The notes under the pieces were generated by a model that worked only from the letters and a program-made list of their open reading frames with translations, was not told the origin of the DNA and did no database searches. Of a stretch of 64,000 nucleotides of DNA, positions 36,758-48,607 are shown in pieces (positions within the stretch are counted from its first letter, which is position 1; each line of letters begins with the position of its first letter). The stretch spans positions 8,948-72,947 of the forward strand of contig JAUCBJ010001498.1 of NCBI GenBank assembly GCA_032718475.1. The letters run 5' to 3'. The position numbers were made by a program, and so were the translations under genes. The DNA is from Nemertoderma westbladi. Lineage: Eukaryota > Animalia > Xenacoelomorpha.

Positions 36758-37935
36758 ATTATGTGGGGCGAGCCACGAAGTGAGTGAGCCTTAGCGTAGT
36801 GGTACCATTAATCAACCTGTCGTTCTGTCGTTCTGTCGTTCTGTCGCATTCAATTTTAAACGTTAATAACTCGGCCAATCTTTGATGAAATCTATCCAAA
36901 CTTGGTACACATGTTGTTTGGCAAAAGTTTAGAAATTTTCCAAGTAGAATTTCAGTATGGCCTTCGAGAAGCTAAGATAATAGCAGTTAATTAGTTAATT
37001 AAGTTATTACGGTAAAAACACCATTTTCAACCTGCCTTTTAAAGGAAATTAATTGTTTTACAGTATAAGATTTAAATAATTATAATTAAAAATTATACAG
37101 ATGTAATCCCCATACGCCATTCTATTATAGTTTTTAATTAGTTCAAGTGATTTGCTTTAATAATTGTGTCTTTAATTGATCTAAAGTAATTAAAACGGCA
37201 AAAAAAATTTATTCTCATTAAATACTGCTCATTTATTGGCCAACATGCTGGTACATAGATGGGATGTGTGTGTCATTCCCAGTTGCTGGGAATGATTATT
37301 GGTCAAGTCTCTGCTGCTGGCTGGGAGTTGTTGCTAAGACTAACCAGAGAGGAATAGTAATAGACAACCAGTATTGCTATTCCAGCCCAGACAGCATTCT
37401 TTAAATTCACTATAAATGTTGTATTGCTATCTCAGGTGAATGACAGATATCATAACATAAATACTATCCATGGCATGGCTGTTGTGTAGGCTTCTGAAAT
37501 AGTTTATTCCACAATGTATATGTCTGGTTATTTTTTAATTGAATTTTTGCAAAGTAGTAAAATTAATGTTCTTATAAATAATATTATTATTTTATATGTA
37601 ACCTAGGAAATTAGCTACATTTTTTCGCTGCGGCTTTAAGAGTGTACATTGATTTAATATTATTTCAATACCCATATTACTACATCGGCATAAGAAGCGT
37701 TAGCGTTGTATCACACATCTCCACATACATAGATGTATCAACAGTTACTCGCACAGTTTCGAAACTTCGCATAGTTATAACTGTATAAAGATCGTCAGTC
37801 TGCGTTTAGGAAAAATATTTTATAACAAAACAGGACAAGCGACGAGCGCAACGAGGCATATAATGAAGACGAGTACTGCGTTGACTAAATTATTATATAA
37901 ACCACCTGGCTTCACATATTGATCGCATCCCTAGT
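36758..37935 (+). mobile_element. DINE-1/HINE-like non-autonomous Helentron derivative
   Basis: 5' TTATGTGGGGCG with a partly complementary 3' GGCTTCACAT, a (CTGTCGTT)n microsatellite near the 5' end, AATAACTC...AAACTTGGTACACATG and a CTAGT end. Recognised by architecture only. Confidence 0.5.
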
Positions 37936-38724
37936 TATTATTATTATAAAGAACGTCCTAGCCTGCGTTTAAGAAATATATTTAAATACAAAACAGGACG
38001 AACGCAACGAGGCTTATAATGAATACGAGTACTGCGTTTATTATATTCCTATAAACCACCTGGCTTTGCATATTGAACGTGCGATTGGAAATAAGTTCGT
38101 GCTACCCTTCCGTGGGTGGTAGATGTCGCGGTTATGTATTGGTGGTTGGGAAGGGTTGGGGGGGGGGGGATTAAAAGGGGTGAACACGTACTGTCCCCCT
38201 TTCTTTGATTGATTGGTGGTGTGGGTAAATTTCTCAAAACCTGATTTTGTGATACAGTCGCTCAATTTTAATTTGTATCTCATAACTGGGCCTCGTGCTG
38301 CGCGAAGGCCCCACGAACGTGTTCTGATTCTTTGATCATGTTGCACTGTTGTCGCTTGTGCTGTTATCTGATCAACCGAACTATAGAGGAGCCGAACCGG
38401 AACCGAACTGAAACCATGGTAATTTTGAATTTTGCCACTTATTTTTCCCAACATATATGAAATACAAAAACAAAAAGTTCGTGTGAAAACAATATAATTG
38501 TAGCTTATGAAATTATATTTTTTTCACTTTCGGTTCTTTAATTTTTTCATCAGATGTTTTTATACTAATATAAACAGGAACAAGACAACGAGAACCACCT
38601 AAACATATCTAAGCAGGGATCCCTTGTTTCTAGTGTTTACTCTACTTGTGTTTTACTATATGTATCAGAATGTGCTAAATAATAATAATAATATTAATAA
38701 TATAGGGAATTTGGGAGAATGTAA

Positions 38725-38855
38725 AGAAAATTTCCGGAAAATTGTATAGGAAATTTCCGGAAAAAATGTATAGGAAATTTCCGGAAAAAATGTATAGGAA
38801 ATTTCCGGAAAAAATGGATAGGAAATTTCTTGAAAAAATGTATAGGAAATTTCCA
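38725..38855. repeat. 24-bp minisatellite (AAATTTCCGGAAAAAATGTATAGG), about 5 copies
   Basis: Directly visible. Contains the palindrome TTTCCGGAAA. Confidence 0.9.
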
Positions 38856-39049
38856 AACATTTCCTGACTCATATCCCAAGTAATTTGTTTACATCTACAT
38901 TCAGGTTTCTTTGAAAGGTATATTTGCAATAAATAGATTGAAAAGTTAGGGTAATGAAAACGAGAGAAAATGTATCTTTCAGGATACTGTAGTATAGTCT
39001 TTGAGATTCCTCGGCGCCATATGTGCAAACCAAACCCCATACAGTAGAG

Positions 39050-40905
39050 CCCAGGCCCACCACCACTAACCCAGCCCCAGGCCACCCACCACTGACACGG
39101 CCCCAGGCCACCCACCACTGACCCGGCCCCAGGCCACCCACCACTGACACGGCCCCAGGCCCACCACCACTGACCCGGCCCCAGGCCACCAACCACTGAC
39201 CCGGCCCCAGGCCCCCCACCACTGACACGGTCCCAGGCCACCAACCACTGACCCGGCCCCAGGCCCCCCACCACTGACCCGGCCCCAGGCCACCCACCAC
39301 TGACCCGGCCCCAGGCCACCCACCACTGACCCGGCCCCAGGCCACCCACCACTGACACGGCCCCAGGCCCACCACCACTGACCCGGCCCCAGGCCCCCCA
39401 CCACTAACCCGGCCCCAGGCCCCCCACCACTGACACGGCCCCAGGCCACCCACCACTGATACGGCCCCAGGCCACCCACCACTGACCCGGCCCCAGGCCC
39501 CCCACCACTGACCCGGCCCCAGGCCACCAACCACTGACCCGGCCCCAGGCCCCCCACCACTGACCCGGCCCCAGGCCACCCACCACTGAGACGGCCCCAG
39601 GCCACCCACCACTGACCCGGCCCCAGGCCACCCACCACTGACCCGGCCCCAGGCCACCCACCACTGACCCGGCCCCAGGCCCCCTACCACTGACCCGGCC
39701 CCAGGCCACCAACCACTGACCCGGCCCCAGGCCCCCCACCACTGACCCGGCCCCAGGCCACCCACCACTGACACGGCCCCAGGCCACCCACCACTGACCC
39801 GGCCCCAGGCCACCCACCACTGACCCGGCCCCAGGCCCCCCACCACTGACCCGGCCCCAGGCCACCAACCACTGACCCGGCCCCAGGCCCCCCACCACTG
39901 ACCCGGCCCCAGGCCACCCACCACTGACACGGCCCCAGGCCACCCACCACTGACCCGGCCCCAGGCCACCCACCACTGACCCGGCCCCAGGCCACCCACC
40001 ACTGACCCGGCCCCAGGCCCCCCACCACTGACCCGGCCCCAGGCCCCCCGCCACTGACCCGGCCCCAGGCCACCAACCACTGACCCGGCCCCAGGCCCCC
40101 CACCACTGACACGGTCCCAGGCCCCCCACCACTGACCCGGCCCCAGGCCCCCCGCCACTGACCCGGCCCCAGGCCACCAACCACTGACCCGGCCCCAGGC
40201 CCCCCACCACTGACCCGGCCCCAGGCCACCCACCACTGACCCGGCCCCAGGCCCCCCACCACTGACCCGGCCCCATGCCACCCACCACTGACCCGGCCCC
40301 AGGCCACCCACCGCTGACCCGGCCCCAGACCACCCACCGCTGACCCGGCCCCAGGCTACCCACCACTGACCCGGCCCCAGGCCACCCACCGCTGACCCGG
40401 CCCCAGACCACCCACCGCTGACCCGGCCCCAGGCCACCCACCACTGACCCGGCCCCAGGCCACCCACCGCTGACCCGGCCCCAGGCCACCCACCGCTGAC
40501 CCGGCCCCAGACCACCCACCGCTGACCCGGCCCCAGGCCACCCACCACTGACCCGGCCCCAGGCCACCCACCGCTGACCCGGCCCCAGACCACCCACCGC
40601 TGACCCGGCCCCAGGCCACCCACCACTGACCCGGCCCCAGGCCACCCACCGCTGACCCGGCCCCAGACCACCCACCGCTGACCCGGCCCCAGGCCACCCA
40701 CCACTGACCCGGCCCCAGGCCACCCACCGCTGACCCGGCCCCAGGCCCCCCACCACTGACACGGCCCCAGGCCTCCCACCACTGACCCGGCCCCAGGGCC
40801 CCTGGCCACCCACCACTGACTCGGCCTCAGGCCCCCCACCACTGACACGGTCCCAGGCCACCCACCACTGACCCGGCCCCAGGCCACCCACCACTGACCC
40901 GGCCC
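39050..40905. repeat. Satellite 3 (26-bp GC-rich monomer CCACCACTGACCCGGCCCCAGGCCAC), left segment
   Basis: Directly visible tandem array. Confidence 0.97.
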
Positions 40906-43346
40906 ATTTCCATTTCTCTGGAAATGGATTGTTTTCGGCTGGAACCCAGTTCAAGAAGCGAACTGGAAAGCTATGGACTCATAGTGGACCCAGTGGTCAC
41001 AAGTCCCAGATAGACCATATTCTGTTTCGTAGGAAATACAGGAGCTCTATACAAGACTGTAATGCATTTACACTTCGACCCTTCTCCAGTGATCACCGCC
41101 TTATTGTGGCCAAGGTAAGACTTAGTCTGCGTGCTAGCAGAACAACGAAATCTGCCTTGCCACGGCATGACTGGTCCTCTCTGTTGCAACAGCCAAGTGT
41201 GAGATCCAGCTTCACACTACAGCTGAGCAACAGGTATGAGGCTCTTGCCTCTGAGGCGGCAGATCACTGTGAGGGCTATACTGCCTTTACAGAAGCAGTT
41301 AAGTTAGCAGCTGCAGAAACAGTTCCTGTATACCCTCGAAACAGGAAAAGGGCCCCCTGGACTGACAACAAAATTCAGAAGTGCCGAAATGACCTTCATA
41401 AGGCGCAGAAAGAGTCCCGACTCAAACAGACTACAGCGGCCAAGAATGCAGTTAAAGCTGCATCTAGGTCCCTGAACAGGCAGTACTCTGTTAATCTACA
41501 GAAGCTAATAAACCAACAGGTTGATGCCATCAATGATGCTGACGACAGCAGGCAATCATCCCAGGCATGGAAATCGATCAATCTGCTTACTGGGCGGAAA
41601 AGCCAACCAACCACCAAGGTTAAGGCTGAATCACCAGCCGATCGCCTCAATGGTTGGAAAGCCCACTTTGAAAAGCTCCTCAATAATGACAGGGTATTGC
41701 CTGATAACTTTATAGAAGTAAAAGTGTCTGAGTCTGTACTCCCAGATATTCCCATTGGCGATATCTCCTTTGCAGAAGTGAAGGCTGCTGCAAAGAGCAT
41801 TAAGACCAATCGTGCCAGTGGAGTAGATGGCGTTCCCCCTGAGGTCTTTAAAATACCTGAGTGTTTAAAGCTCATCTATCCCATCATAGTAGACATGTAC
41901 CGTACAACAAGAGTCCCACAAGAAATGAAAACAAATAAGTTGGTGCCAGTTCCCAAGAAGGGCAACCTAACACTCTATGGTTCTTTTCGGGGAATCTCAT
42001 TGATCTCGATTGCTGCAAAACTATACAATAGAATTCTATTAAATCGCATCAGGGATCCCATTGAGAGACTGCTACGTGGAAATCAGAATGGGTTCCGTAA
42101 AGGTCGTGGGACCATGGAGCCCATTTTGGCACTTAGAAGGATAATTGAAGAGTTATCAAAAAAGAAAGACAGGCATCTGGCTGTTATCTTTGTTGACTTC
42201 TTCAAGGCCTTTGATTCAGTCTCTCGCTCACGTATGTTCAGCATACTTTCATTATATGGGATTCCTGATGAAATTATTGCAGCAATCAGATCAGTATACG
42301 ATGGTTCGACAACATTTGTGTCTACTGTTGACGGTGACACAGAACCATTTGAAGTGTTATGGGGCGTCCTCCAAGGAGACACACTTGCACCATTCTTGTT
42401 CATTATTGTGGTTGACTATGTTCTACGCATGTCCTTAGATCATCATAATGATGATGGGGTGATGATAACTCCACCTACTGGCTCCAGAAGTCGAGGAAAT
42501 CCTGCCAAGTACCTAACTGATCTAGACTTTGCTGATGACTTAGGAGTACTCTCAGAATCATTAGAGGGAGCCCAGCGGCTCCTCAGCTCATTAGAACATG
42601 CTGCTTCTAGTGTTGGTCTTTTTATTAACTCCAGAAAGACCAAAATTCTGACAGTTAACTTTGAAAGTCCTCAGCAAGTCTCTGATCGGATGAGCATAAG
42701 CTCAAAGGATGGTATGCTTGAGCATGTGGACGACTTCTGTTACCTGGGATCATGGATCCGGAAGTCAGGTGAGGACCTTCGAATACGTAAGGGAAAGGCA
42801 TGGGCAGCCTTGAATAGGCTTTCCAGGATTTGGAAGTCACCTAGAATTAATCGGAAACTTAAGGTCCGATTATTTAGAGCAGCAGTAGTTCCAGTACTCC
42901 TCTACGGGAGTCCATGCTGGGCTCTAACTGCTGAGGACACCAAATCTCTGGATGGCACATTCACAAGAATGCTACGCCGGGTACATTGTGTCAAGTACAA
43001 TGCACACATCTCCAACCAGACACTATATAACATTGGAGGTGTCTCATTGGTTCCCCCAAGCTTGACACTAGAACAAAATCGCCTCCGCTTTGCAGGACAT
43101 TGCTTTCGCCGTGAGGACCAGCCAGTGCATAATCTTGTACTTTGGCAGCCTCATGGAGTGAATAAGCATGGTGGACAGCCCATGACTTTCTTGAGACGCA
43201 TCTTAAAGGACACTGGCCTTAAAGATGCGGATGATCTAGCAAATGTCATGGGTGATAGGGAGTTGTGGCGGTGCAATTTTGTTGATAAGCCGGCACAGCA
43301 TTCTTAAAAATGCAGCTGCAATGCAGCATGCCGATGCTAGTAGTAG
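40906..43346 (+). mobile_element. 5'-truncated RTE-clade LINE inserted in satellite 3
   Basis: Uninterrupted frame from mid-APE through RT, short 3' UTR and (TAG)3 tail. Confidence 0.93.
40929..43307 (+). CDS. RTE-type APE/reverse transcriptase ORF (N-terminally truncated, no internal stops)
   Basis: QIDHIL, SDHRLI, ASGVDG, FRGISL, QNGFRKGR, FVDFFKAFDSV, GVLQGDTLAPFLF, LDFADD, FCYLGS, LLYGSPCW and RLRFAGHC. Confidence 0.88.
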   Translation: MFSAGTQFKKRTGKLWTHSGPSGHKSQIDHILFRRKYRSSIQDCNAFTLRPFSSDHRLIVAKVRLSLRASRTTKSALPRHDWSSLLQQPSVRSSFTLQLSNRYEALASEAADHCEGYTAFTEAVKLAAAETVPVYPRNRKRAPWTDNKIQKCRNDLHKAQKESRLKQTTAAKNAVKAASRSLNRQYSVNLQKLINQQVDAINDADDSRQSSQAWKSINLLTGRKSQPTTKVKAESPADRLNGWKAHFEKLLNNDRVLPDNFIEVKVSESVLPDIPIGDISFAEVKAAAKSIKTNRASGVDGVPPEVFKIPECLKLIYPIIVDMYRTTRVPQEMKTNKLVPVPKKGNLTLYGSFRGISLISIAAKLYNRILLNRIRDPIERLLRGNQNGFRKGRGTMEPILALRRIIEELSKKKDRHLAVIFVDFFKAFDSVSRSRMFSILSLYGIPDEIIAAIRSVYDGSTTFVSTVDGDTEPFEVLWGVLQGDTLAPFLFIIVVDYVLRMSLDHHNDDGVMITPPTGSRSRGNPAKYLTDLDFADDLGVLSESLEGAQRLLSSLEHAASSVGLFINSRKTKILTVNFESPQQVSDRMSISSKDGMLEHVDDFCYLGSWIRKSGEDLRIRKGKAWAALNRLSRIWKSPRINRKLKVRLFRAAVVPVLLYGSPCWALTAEDTKSLDGTFTRMLRRVHCVKYNAHISNQTLYNIGGVSLVPPSLTLEQNRLRFAGHCFRREDQPVHNLVLWQPHGVNKHGGQPMTFLRRILKDTGLKDADDLANVMGDRELWRCNFVDKPAQHS

Positions 43347-44100
43347 GCCACCCACCACTGACCCGGCCCCAGGCCACCCACCGCTGACCCGGCCCCAGGC
43401 CCCCCACCACTGACACGGTCCCAGGCCCCCCACCACTGACCCGGCCCCAGTCCACCCACCGCAGACCCGGCCCCAGGCCACCCACCACTGACCCGGCCCC
43501 AGGCCACCCACCGCTGACCCGGCCCCAGGCCCCCACCACTGACACGGTCCCAGGCCCCCCACCACTGACCCGGCCCCAGTCCACCCACCGCAGACCCGGC
43601 CCCAGGCCACCCACCGCTGACACGGCCCCAGGCCACCCACCGCTGACACGGCCCCAGTCCACCCACCGCTGACACGGCCCCAGGCCACCCACCGCTGACA
43701 CGGCCCCAGGCCACCCACCGCTGACACGGCCCCAGTCCACCCACCGCTGACACGGCCCCAGGCCACCCACCGCTGACACGGCCCCAGGCCACCCACCGCT
43801 GACACGGCCCCAGTCCACCCACCGCTGACACGGCCCCAGGCCACCCACCGCTGACACGGCCCCAGGCCACCCACCGCTGACACGGCCCCAGGCCACCCAC
43901 CGCTGACACGGCCCCAGTCCACCCACCGCTGACACGGCCCCAGGCCACCCACCGCTGACACGGCCCCAGGCCACCCACCGCTGACACGGCCCCAGGCCAC
44001 CCACCACTGACCCGGCCCCAGGCCCCCACCACTGACACGGCCCCATGCCACCCACCACTGACCCGGCCCCAGGCCACCCACCAATGACCCGGCCCCAGGC
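43347..44100. repeat. Satellite 3, right segment
   Basis: Same monomer, enriched for the CCGCTGACACGG variant. Confidence 0.97.
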
Positions 44101-45114
44101 CTTTATTGTTTCTAGTTTCTGCTTTCAGTAACTTCTGTTTACAGTTATCTACTGTAAAGTACTGCTAATTGCCGCAGTGTAACAAGTAATATAGTATTAG
44201 GCGAACCAATTAGACTAATTAAAATAAGCTTGATACATAGACGCTAAAAATTATTACTGTAACTAAGTAGAAATTCGAGCAAACGTAATTCTCCAAAAAC
44301 CAAGTAAAGGTTCGTATTATTAGACTTAAATGAGTCTAAAAATTAACAGAATTAAGTTATGATGGGCCTATATCGGGCAAAAGTTGCGATGTCAAATAAA
44401 AATACATCAAATTTAAATTGAATTAAAAGAAAATTGAATTGATAGATAAAACATGTATGTTACTGAGAGTACGTTGAAATGTAATGCTTTGTCACGGAGT
44501 TTAAGGCGAACTTTTTGAGTGAGTGTTCGCGATTATTATTGATTTATGTCCCTGTCTCTTATATTTTTAATGAGGCGGGTTGTACGTCTTTGTACTGATT
44601 CGAGGAGTTAATTTTGACCGACGTGGCTGTCAAATTGAAGATCACTATCAAGGATCACACCTACTACTGCAGTACAGTATTATTATAGGTCATTCTCTTT
44701 GGATGTTTGGTTAATTGTACAGTAGATAATCCAAGCTTGAACACAAAATAAATTTGGTGTTATTTCTTCCAATGTGCACTATTTTGTACTTGTAATTAAG
44801 GCTGAAAAAAAGTCTCCAAGTAACACTCCATGTATCGAGTACATACAAATCACATTGCAGAGGGACTGGTGTTTAGTGAATGGATTGGGTCGAAAATACA
44901 ACTGTTTTACACGTCACCTACAACGTCATTTCGGCACGAATGCTTTAAAGTGACCATCTACGTAGGGCGCCTCTTTACCTTATCCTTAAATGGTGACTAA
45001 CTGAGAACTGGAGATTCCTCTGGGGAGTATTGTTCTGGTTGCACCGCACTGGAAATAAATTGTCATTTAACTTTAAAGTTCACCTAATTACTAAGACGAA
45101 GATACCGTACTTAC

Positions 45115-45286
45115 CTTAAATTTGTTTGACTTTATAAGATCGTAAAGATTTATACTAAGGAGCTCAAACGTTATACAAATGTGATGACGGAACTCGAATG
45201 TGTCCAGGACTCGGACCACGTTGCATGGTTTCACTTTGTCGATTTCTCTCAAGTGGTGTAGCAGCTTAATTTCCTCCTTGGCCTGC
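45115..45286 (-). CDS. DYRK2: DYRK kinase exon (subdomains III-V), not in the ORF track
   Basis: Manual translation gives (R)[57 protein letters not shown]. Acceptor tttcag|G, donor AAG|GTAAGT. The 172 nt length is phase-compatible with both neighbours. Confidence 0.93.
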
Positions 45287-45423
45287 CTGAAATATGTTAA
45301 TGATTGATTACCGAAAATTTAATCTGAAATCCTACTGTAGGTCTTTAAAACGCGTTTAACGTGTTAAGGTAAACAGGTAAACATAATTTCAATACATTTT
45401 ACCACTTTACACTATAGTTATTG

Positions 45424-45696
45424 CTTATCCGCTTTGCAGGACATTGCTTTCGCCGTGAGGACCAGCCAGTGCATAATCTTGTACTTTGGCAGCCTCATGG
45501 AGTGAATAAGCATGGTGGACAGCCCATGACTTTCTTGAGACGCATCTTAAAGGACACTGGCCTTGAAGATGCGGATGATCTAGCAAATGTCATGGGTGCT
45601 AGGGAGTTGTGGCGGCGCAATTTTGTTGACAAGCCGACACAGCATTCTTAAAAATGCAGCTGCAATGCAGCATGCCGATCCTAGTAGTAGTAGTAG
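45424..45696 (+). mobile_element. Short 5'-truncated copy of the same RTE family in the DYRK intron 45287-45855
   Basis: Near-identical to 43084-43346, with a (TAG)5 tail and an 11-bp TSD TATAGTTATTG at 45413-45423 and 45697-45707. Confidence 0.93.
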
Positions 45697-45855
45697 TATA
45701 GTTATTGAGAATCTGTTTGTTATGTAATAAACTACTAGAGTATGTAATAACGCCCACTATGTAATAAAATCAGGTAATAGTCTGGTACTGCAATAGCTTT
45801 AATTGCGAATATATAAATTTGTATATATTAATTACTGAATGACACATAGTCATAC

Positions 45856-46562
45856 CTGTGAAATCTGGGCTCATTCCTCACAATTTTCAAAGCTACGTGT
45901 TTCTTTTCTGCGTGATCGAAAGCCTTTACTACTTGGCCGAAACTTCCTTTACCAATTACTTTCAGTATCTCATATCGATAGGCGATGTGGTCGTAAATGA
46001 CTGTTTTGTAGGAACCCCCATCATCATCGTAATTACAGTTATTACCTCTGCCTTCTGCTACAGATTTGTCCTTTCTAGCATTTTTACCAAAATAGTAAAT
46101 TCGAGGAAATTCAAGAATCTCTTTTTGTTCGATGGCGGTTAATTTATTGCCGAACCTCCTGAGGACTTCTAAGGGGCTCATATGCTTGATTTCTACAAAC
46201 ATGCGATCGATGTCTCCTTTATTTGGCGTCGAACTGAGACTTTTAGAACTTTTTGTAGATGATTTGCTCTTTACTGAATGGGGTGCAATATCAGTGGAAA
46301 CGTGAAGTAACCTTGCAATTGATTTAATTTTTGACGGTTTCGTATCTGAGGCACAAATGCTTGGCTCAGAGGCCGAGTAACAAGGCGATCTCTTCACATT
46401 CGGTTTCGCACTATCAGCTGCCATCATGTTCTCGGCTTTGGTTTGAGGTATACCGCGTTCCACGCTAGTGACTTCTTGCGACTTTGTTTTTGCACATTTT
46501 TCCGGTGTTTTTGTTTTCGGCATAGAGGAATTAACTTTAGACGAATAGGGTGGTGAAGCCAT
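45856..46562 (-). CDS. DYRK2: Class-2 DYRK kinase (DYRK2/3-like), first recognisable coding exon
   Basis: Translation contains a NAPA-like IYYFG, a DH box (NYDDDGGSY), then DHIAYRYEILKVIGKGSFGQVVKAFDH..VALKIVRN. It ends at phase-2 donor CACAG|GTATGA (45855). The start at ATG 46562 (MASPP) is inferred and an upstream exon is possible. DYRK2 versus DYRK3/4 orthology is not resolved. Confidence 0.88.
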
Positions 46563-48607
46563 TAGGGTGTCTTTGCCAGCCCGGTTGTAGATGCAGAACC
46601 AACAAAGTGACATCAAAACGTGTCATTGAATTAATACCGCGTTCAATCGGCATTACTGTGATCCCAATTTCAAATTTAAATAGTATCGACTCCTGGGTTA
46701 ATACGAAAATTATCAGCTTTCAAAAATAACACATTTCAGTGTATGAAAGGATTCTAGAGATGAAAGGGACTAATTATCATGCCGAATTTTGTATTCTTAC
46801 CTAAACAATACACGAAAACCAAGAACACATGTTATTCTATAACCCTATAGACTAGAGATAATTTAACTCTTTGATTTTGTTTCCGTTCGATTGCTTCAGG
46901 AAGGCCTGTTTGAACTCTTTCTCTTGTTTGTCGCTGGAAATATTCATTTTCTACAGATATTTTACGTGCATTAGCCTACTGTAATTTACTCGCTAATAAT
47001 AGCGATGTTATTATAGTGGGAATCACTTATGTACACCAAATCTGGTGATTTTTTTAATGTGCATTTTTTATGTGTTTTTTGGTTTACTTAGTGTTCTAGA
47101 ACATAGTTGGACCACCAGATTCACAGAATATTAAATATTTTTATGGTAGCTAGTAATTTATGAAAATATTGCAAATAATGATTGTAAAATCAAATATTTG
47201 GTATTTTTATTTTCTCTAAACTAACAAAAATATGAAAGTTTATTATTTTTGTGTATTTTTTTAGTTATTTCTAATTCACAAGGCAATAATTGTTCTAGAA
47301 CTAATTTTAGCTAACTTTTGTTTTTTAAAATGGCTGTTTCTAGAGACTATATACGTAGTTATCCTACCGAACTGAACATAGGAGATTTGTGTGAAATTAA
47401 AGAGTGAAGAATCTGCAATCAAATTTGCCCACGAAAGTAGTCTGCGCTACCATCCAGTGGTACAAAACGTGAGTGTGAGGTTAACAGATGCAAAGATAAT
47501 AGTTCTAACGTATGCATTATTGCGTATTATCTAACGTTATCTAACATTATCTGACACTATGATAAAGAAAAATAATCATAATAGAACAGTTAAAAACACA
47601 CATTTAAAAAATACATATTTGGTGTACGTAGTCACGTACGGAAGTGATATAAAGTGATACCGGATTGTGTAGGAAAAAATTAGTTCTAGCATGGCCTGGT
47701 CTTTATTTACTTAATGATAGCTAGCTAGCACTTCGGTAGTCATCTTGATATTAATTGTGAATGTTAGCAAGGCATAAATACTGTATAATCAATTTCTTAT
47801 TCAATATTCAATATTCTTATAGTGCATACCGGGTGTCCCAGTATTCTCTACTCAAATCTACATAATTAAATATGGTTTCGATTTTATTTTTAAATTTGTT
47901 ACCCGGGTCACAATTAATAATGCTTTAACTTCTGTTCTCAATCAAAATTTATTTATGGTGGTTCGTACTTAACACCGGCCATGATATCTTAAACGTTACA
48001 TTATTCAATCAATTCACAATAATAATAATCAACAACAATACTGAATATTATCAGACCAAGTAATAAATAATATAGCGAATTATTAATTGCTTTTAATACA
48101 GCTTGATAAATTTAATTGTTTCCTTAGAAACCTGAAAATCTTTCTGAAATTTGCGTCAATTCGCCCGCTATACTTCACCCTGATTCTGTTAATGGGTAGC
48201 CTACCGGTACATATTTAACTCATTCGAAGCTGACGACAACCAACAACAATTACTATTTTAACTGTGTGTGTTAGGCTATTTTATCCAAAACTTGAGACTA
48301 GAGAGAGCGAGTGTTGTCGGACGCCAAGAATAGGCTTATATAATTAGCCATAGTATAATTATTCACGGAGATGTTGCATAGAATAATACGAAATTTAATC
48401 AAAATCTAAAATTATCTTTTCTAAATCACTAAAATTTCATATCATTTCTATTCTGTAATCCAAACTTTCATAACATTAACTCTTGTTTTCCACTCTCCAA
48501 TGTGTTATTACAATCATTTCTCCAAACTACACGAGTTGTGGTAAACCGCGAGCCGCCGTAGTGTTGTTAGCTAATAATTATCATCATATTAATATCACAA
48601 TTTAAAT

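Noticed and set aside
38675-44084. Gly/Trp-rich elastin- or silk-like ORFs
   Set aside because: Translations of the 26-bp GC-rich satellite 3 in all frames, interrupted by a LINE.
46790-46810. Possible upstream DYRK 5' exon donor (TAG|GTAAGA on the minus strand)
   Set aside because: No matching acceptor or coding evidence could be established from sequence alone.
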